NCBI RefSeq assembly: GCF_009914755.1
Contig: NC_060935.1
Origin: the human T2T-CHM13v2.0 reference genome, Homo sapiens
Direction: 5' to 3' (one strand)
Length of the DNA: 64,000 bases
In this document: one piece after another, positions 58,601 to 64,000 of the stretch
Layout of the letters: the number at the start of each line of letters is the position of its first letter
Numbering within the stretch: position 1 is the stretch's first letter
Translations under genes and position numbers: made by a program
Notes under the pieces: model-generated
The model's database searches: none
What the model was told of the DNA's origin: nothing
The model's input: the letters and a program-made list of their open reading frames with translations, nothing else

Positions 58601-60680
58601 TTTATCTGTATCTATATTTAGATACTATCTTCCTTTTCATCTGTTAAAATACATATCTGAATGACTAGCATATCACATTATCAAAAATGTGCATTAAACA
58701 ATTTTATGCTTCATAAGTGTACAATGATGACACTTAATAGAAAGATCTCAGAATGATAATTATGGTGGGACAGCTGAGAAAACCACTAAAGGAAAGCTTT
58801 TTTGTAATTTTGTAGTAACATAGTAAACTTCACTATCATAGAAAAGTGAAGAGTTTCTTCAAGGAAGAGCAATGTGAGTACTAAACTCAAAACAGTATTC
58901 CTTTCACTCATATTTACATGAATTATAAATATTTTTCCAATGTAAAGGAGGAGGGGCAGATCTAACTCTGACCTGAGGGGCAGGCTTGATTCAGGAACAA
59001 ATTACTTTTCTAATATAGATTTTATCAATTTTACTTCATACATTTTCTAATCTGTATAATGGGGGAATCTTACAGTAGTCTTGAGAAGCTTACATGAATA
59101 AAAATATGTGAGTCATTTAGAATAGATCCTCATATACAATGTAAATGTTTTATTAGTGTTACCTATTATTGTGTGCCTTTTGTAATTTTATCTGTTTAAT
59201 TTTGACCATTAAAGGTGCATTACTAATGTCTTTGTCTCCATTAAGAGGTGTGCAATGTCAAAAAATATACATCAAATTGTGTTAACACAGACTATCTGAG
59301 ATGACTTTTATTTTCTTCTACTACATTTCTAAGTCAAGTGTTTCTCCCTAAAATGCCTTTTTCCTTTCTTGTGAACTCTTGCCAACTCCATCATGATTAC
59401 TTTAGCAATGTTAACAATTAAACGCATTTGTGTATTACTTGGAAATAGGTTAACTACTATCTAATTATTGGCATTTTATATTTATATATTTTTCCTGGGT
59501 GCTTTTATTCTTTTTGAAGACTGTAAGAAAAATTTTAAGTCTTTGGAATAAGTAAAAGATATTTTGAATATCTTTACACTGGAATACTAGAGCGAGGTTT
59601 GGAGATTGAATATATAACCTTCAAAATTAACAAATAACATGAAATGCATGTGTATTGTTGTCTTAGGTTATTTTACAATGCTCTAGAAATTATAACTGAA
59701 TAAAACTGAAAGTAAACAAATTCTCTTCTATAGATAGACATTTAAATTCTGCCCGTTAGAAGTTTTTTGATACCCCAACCCAAGAAAAAGCCAGTTACAT
59801 GCCCATTTGCAAATTCATTTTAATATTAAAATAAATTTAATATTTAAAGATAAATATATTTATCTATAAATATGTCTGTTGTTTGGATTTTACTTTGAAT
59901 TATTTCTAACATTTGCAAGTTGTCTCAATTTATGACTTAAATACATTTTTAATACAAGTTTATTTTATATCTGCATTAGTCATGATTTTCTGTGTGTGTG
60001 AAAATTATCCTTTAACAAAATTATTTTTAAAGTTAGTGTGTCTAAGGAATCATTTGATTTTTTTCTTTTTTTACCAGATCATTTTAAGAAAAAAATAAAA
60101 ATTCTTAAATTATACAGTCATTTAAAAATTGCACTTAAAAAATTATATTTTTAAGGCATAAGTATCAACAATGATCAGACTGCTTCTACCAGGACAGATA
60201 ACTGTTCAAAGAAGTTTCATTCTTAAATTAATGTAATCCAACATTGTTTGTCGTTGACAGCATTAAGCAGTCAACTTAAATGATTATGTTCTCCAATATT
60301 TTTGCTGAAGAAAAAAACCAATTCCAAAACAAAATTAACAAAGACTGTGATATAGTTTAGATCTGTATCCCCACTCAAGTCTCATGTTCAATTGTAATCC
60401 TCAATGTTGGAGGTGGAGCATGGTGGGAGATGATTGGATCATGCGGATGGTTTCTAATGGTTTAACACCAACCATCTGGGTGCTCTTCTCATGATAGTGA
60501 GTGAGTGAGTTATTAAGAGATCTGGTTGTTTGAAAGAGCGTGGTGCCTCCCTGTCTTCCTTCCTCCTGCTCTGACCTCATAAGATGAGCTTGCTTTCCCT
60601 TCGTCTTCCGCTGTGATTGCAGGTTTCCCGAGGCCTCCTCAGAGGTCAAGCAGATGGCCAGCATCATGCTTCCTGTAGGG

Positions 60681-61045
60681 CAGGGGTACCAAAGCCCCAG
60701 GCTACAGACGGGTTCTAGTCCATGGCCTATTAGTAATTGAGCAGCACAGCAGGAGGTGAGCTGCCTGTGAGTGAGCATTGCCACCTGAGCTCCGCCTCTG
60801 GTAATTTGAGTAGTAGCATTAGAATCTCATAGGAGCAGGAACCCTATTGTGAACTGTGCATGAGAGGGATCTAGGTTGCACACTCCCTATGAGAATCTAA
60901 TTAATGCTTAATGATCTGAGGTGGAACAGTTTCATCCTGAAACCATGTGCCCCTGCATCTCTGCCTTACCCGCAGGCCCCGTGTTTGTGGAAAACTTGTC
61001 TTCCATGAAACTGGTCCCTGGTGCCAAAAAGGTTGGGAACCACTG
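60681..61045 (+). mobile_element. MER1B (hAT-Charlie)
   Basis: caggggt...gcacagcaggaggtgagc...tctcataggagc...ccatgaaactggtccctggtgccaaaaaggttgggaaccactg; degenerate 8-bp TSD ctgtaggg/ctgtacag. Confidence 0.92.
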
Positions 61046-61089
61046 CTGTACAGTTTATGGAACCATGAGCCAATCAAAACTCTTTTCCT

Positions 61090-61399
<310 letters not shown>

Positions 61400-63531
61400 A
61401 ATCTCTTTTCTTTATAAATTACCTAATCTCAGATACTTCTTTATAGCAGTGTGAGAACTAATACAGACTGTTTATGCGTAAATCATGGCAAAGGGTTCCA
61501 TCTGCCATCACCTTTATTTTAGTAGGGTTTCAAAAGTGATATAGAAAAGAAGTTTTTCAGAGTAAAAAAAAGACTGAGAGTCTCTGATTAATAAGCACTT
61601 CTATTAAGGGGGAATTTTGGAAGTGGGAGACTTTCCACTTGGTGTTCAGTTACATTGGAAGTCCTTGGTTGGCATCAATAGGGGAAGTGACAAGTTTGGA
61701 AACATTTTCAAAGAGAAAGTCATGTTCACTGGTAAAGGGAGAAACTTTTCTCTGGCTGACCGTATCTAGGAACGATATCCTGAAGTGGGGTTTATGGGGA
61801 GCTTCTGGTGGTCAAATTGTCATAATAGCCCTGGGCAGCTGGGGAGGGAGTTGCCTGGTAAGTGGCTCTTGGTCTCTGTAAGTTTTTACCTTAAAGCCCT
61901 GTTTTTTTCTTTCTTATTATGCATTTTGGTTAACTGTTCAATATGCTATTTTTGATGTTGTTTCTTGGCTTTATACATTACTATTTAAATTTTAATAAAT
62001 ATGTATTCTGTGTTTTCCAAGATATATACTTTTATTGCAATAACAGCATCCTCTATGTTTTATATTATTAAGAGTAGAGATTGAAATCTCAATGGCTAAT
62101 GAAGCTAAAAAGTTAATTGAGAGGCATGTGTGTGTGTGTATAGCTCAATACATTAGTTATTTTTAAAATAAACCACACATAGTTTAATTGCCTTATTACA
62201 TTACTTTTGTATCATTTATTTCAATATTTCAAGTGTAACCTCTATTCCACCCATATTGTTGCTGCCATTTAAAGCAAACAATTGCATTTGTTTAGTTGTA
62301 AGTAGGGATTAATTAATTTACCAAGAAAGATTTTATGTTAATCCCTAGGACTGATTTTTCCAATAATACCTGTGTCTCTCTGCACAAAGGCATTAGTTCC
62401 ACAACATAATCTTAAAACCCCTTAAAGTTCTGATAAAAAGTTACATGAGAAGACAAAATCATATGCACAATATGTAGTGATTAAATGTCCAAGTTTACAG
62501 TGCCTGTTATGTTTTTGTTTCTTTTAATTTTTATCATGGGTAGAAAGAATAAAGAAAAATGACTTAATAAATAAGCAGAGACTACAATTTTTGAAGAATT
62601 CTATACACATAAAGATGAAAACAAACCTGCCGGAAGCAATCCTTGGAGAAAAGATCTGCATGAAAACATATCATACACATTGAAAATATACATTTAAAAT
62701 TTACACATACAAGGTGAAAGAGGAAGTGGAGTTAAGTAAGTGGAGATAAGGCATATGCGATGGCAGATGACCTCCATTAAGCCACAGACGTACAAAGGTA
62801 TTGACAAAAGAGATTGCAAAACTCAAACTCTTATTGCCTCTTCAGAAACACATATTGTGATTCTTCACCAGGAATCATGCACCCATTTATTGCATGTCTC
62901 AGAAAAGCCACAAGTATCAGCAGGAGAAAATGATCCAGAGAAATGTGGCCTGCTCTTTACAAGAGCTGAACTGAAAATAACAGTGGACTGTAAATATTGA
63001 TTTAATGCCTACTCATTATTAAACAATATGCCTGTGGACATGCGATTATTGGTTTAGAGGAGTAGGCAGTGATAAATATGAATCTTTCATACTGGAAATC
63101 TAAGCGTTTGCATTAACATTTGACTCAGGGACCATAGTATCTGTAGATCATCAATATAAAAATATACACTCTGAATTTGTTCACAAGTGCACTCTCAAAA
63201 AGAAGCCAGACTGTGGGCATAGCAGCCTAGAAATTTAATTTTTTAAAAAGGCACACATGAAGAGGAAAACATGTACTCTTACCCAAACAACACGGAGAGG
63301 ATTGATGTTCTGAGAAGTTACATGGGTTAGTTATTTGCTTGAAAACACGTGCTTGCCAAAACACTAGGAATAGCAGTGGATTTTTTTTTTTTTTATATAT
63401 GGGAAAGCATTTCAGCCTAAGAAATACAATAGATGAATAGAAGCTTTTTCTGATTATGTAATACTAATAAGACTATTGTATATTAAATGCAATTATACAT
63501 CAAAATTCCCTCTCCCCAGAATATAGCCACT

Positions 63532-63540
63532 ACACACACA

Positions 63541-63590
<50 letters not shown>

Positions 63591-63597
63591 GAGAGAA
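63532..63597 (+). repeat. (CA)n(GA)n microsatellite
   Basis: ~26 CA units followed by gaaagagagaga. Confidence 0.97.
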
Positions 63598-63784
63598 TGT
63601 GATGGGAGGACTGGACTTTGTAGAGATAAATCCTTTAAAATGTTATTTTGTGTTGGCTGCTGGTGGGAGGGATTCTTACAGTCAAGGGAGACATGGTTTT
63701 AAATTATATATGTCAAATAATGTGGATTATGGAAAGTATTAGAACTTGCCTATACTAGCAGGTAAATAACAAAAAGTTTGCCAA

Positions 63785-64000
63785 TAATACATACATAGAT
63801 AAAATTATATATAAAATATAATATATAACTAAAATATAATATATAATTTATATGTAATTATATAAATTATATTATACAAATATATAAATTATATATAATG
63901 TATCTTTATCTAATATTTATATGGATATTAAATACCTATATATTTGTATATCTAATATATATAATTTTTATATAATTATAAATATAATTGTATCTATATA
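63785..64000. repeat. AT-rich low-complexity (TA)n-like tract
   Basis: Almost exclusively A/T; runs to the window edge. Confidence 0.92.

Noticed and set aside
61608-61640. NF-kB-like gggagactttcc
   Set aside because: Wrong spacing for GGGRNNYYCC; probably within an old LTR-like sequence.

Overview
AT-rich primate (hominoid-like) non-coding DNA, intergenic or deep-intronic. I find no host protein-coding gene, RNA gene or CRISPR array. The only recognisable protein-like ORFs are decayed LINE-1 ORF1/ORF2; the others are Alu-, LTR- or simple-repeat-derived or chance ORFs. The window is a layered transposon record: five near-full Alus and one Alu 5' fragment, a solo LTR12C with intact CCAAT array, MaLR LTRs (THE1, MST, MLT1), ERVL LTRs (MLT2, LTR16), DNA transposons (MER1B, MER3, MER5A, MER94, Tigger1), L2, MIR and several L1s. 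The most informative region is the L1 cluster at 25.7-49.6 kb. A 5.1-kb twin-primed (5'-inverted) L1PA sits antisense inside an older L1PA15/16-like element, and its inversion point is only ~120 nt from the position homologous to its own target site. A tail-less 710-bp L1 ORF2 fragment 10 kb away shares rare substitutions with it, and a third L1 shares other substitutions. Unique sequence holds candidate regulatory motifs (a perfect RFX X-box; a duplicated octamer-like palindrome). Repeat subfamily calls rest on recalled consensus sequences, not a database search, and the boundaries of old repeats are approximate. I cannot support a genuinely new biological system here; the findings are mechanistic or regulatory candidates.
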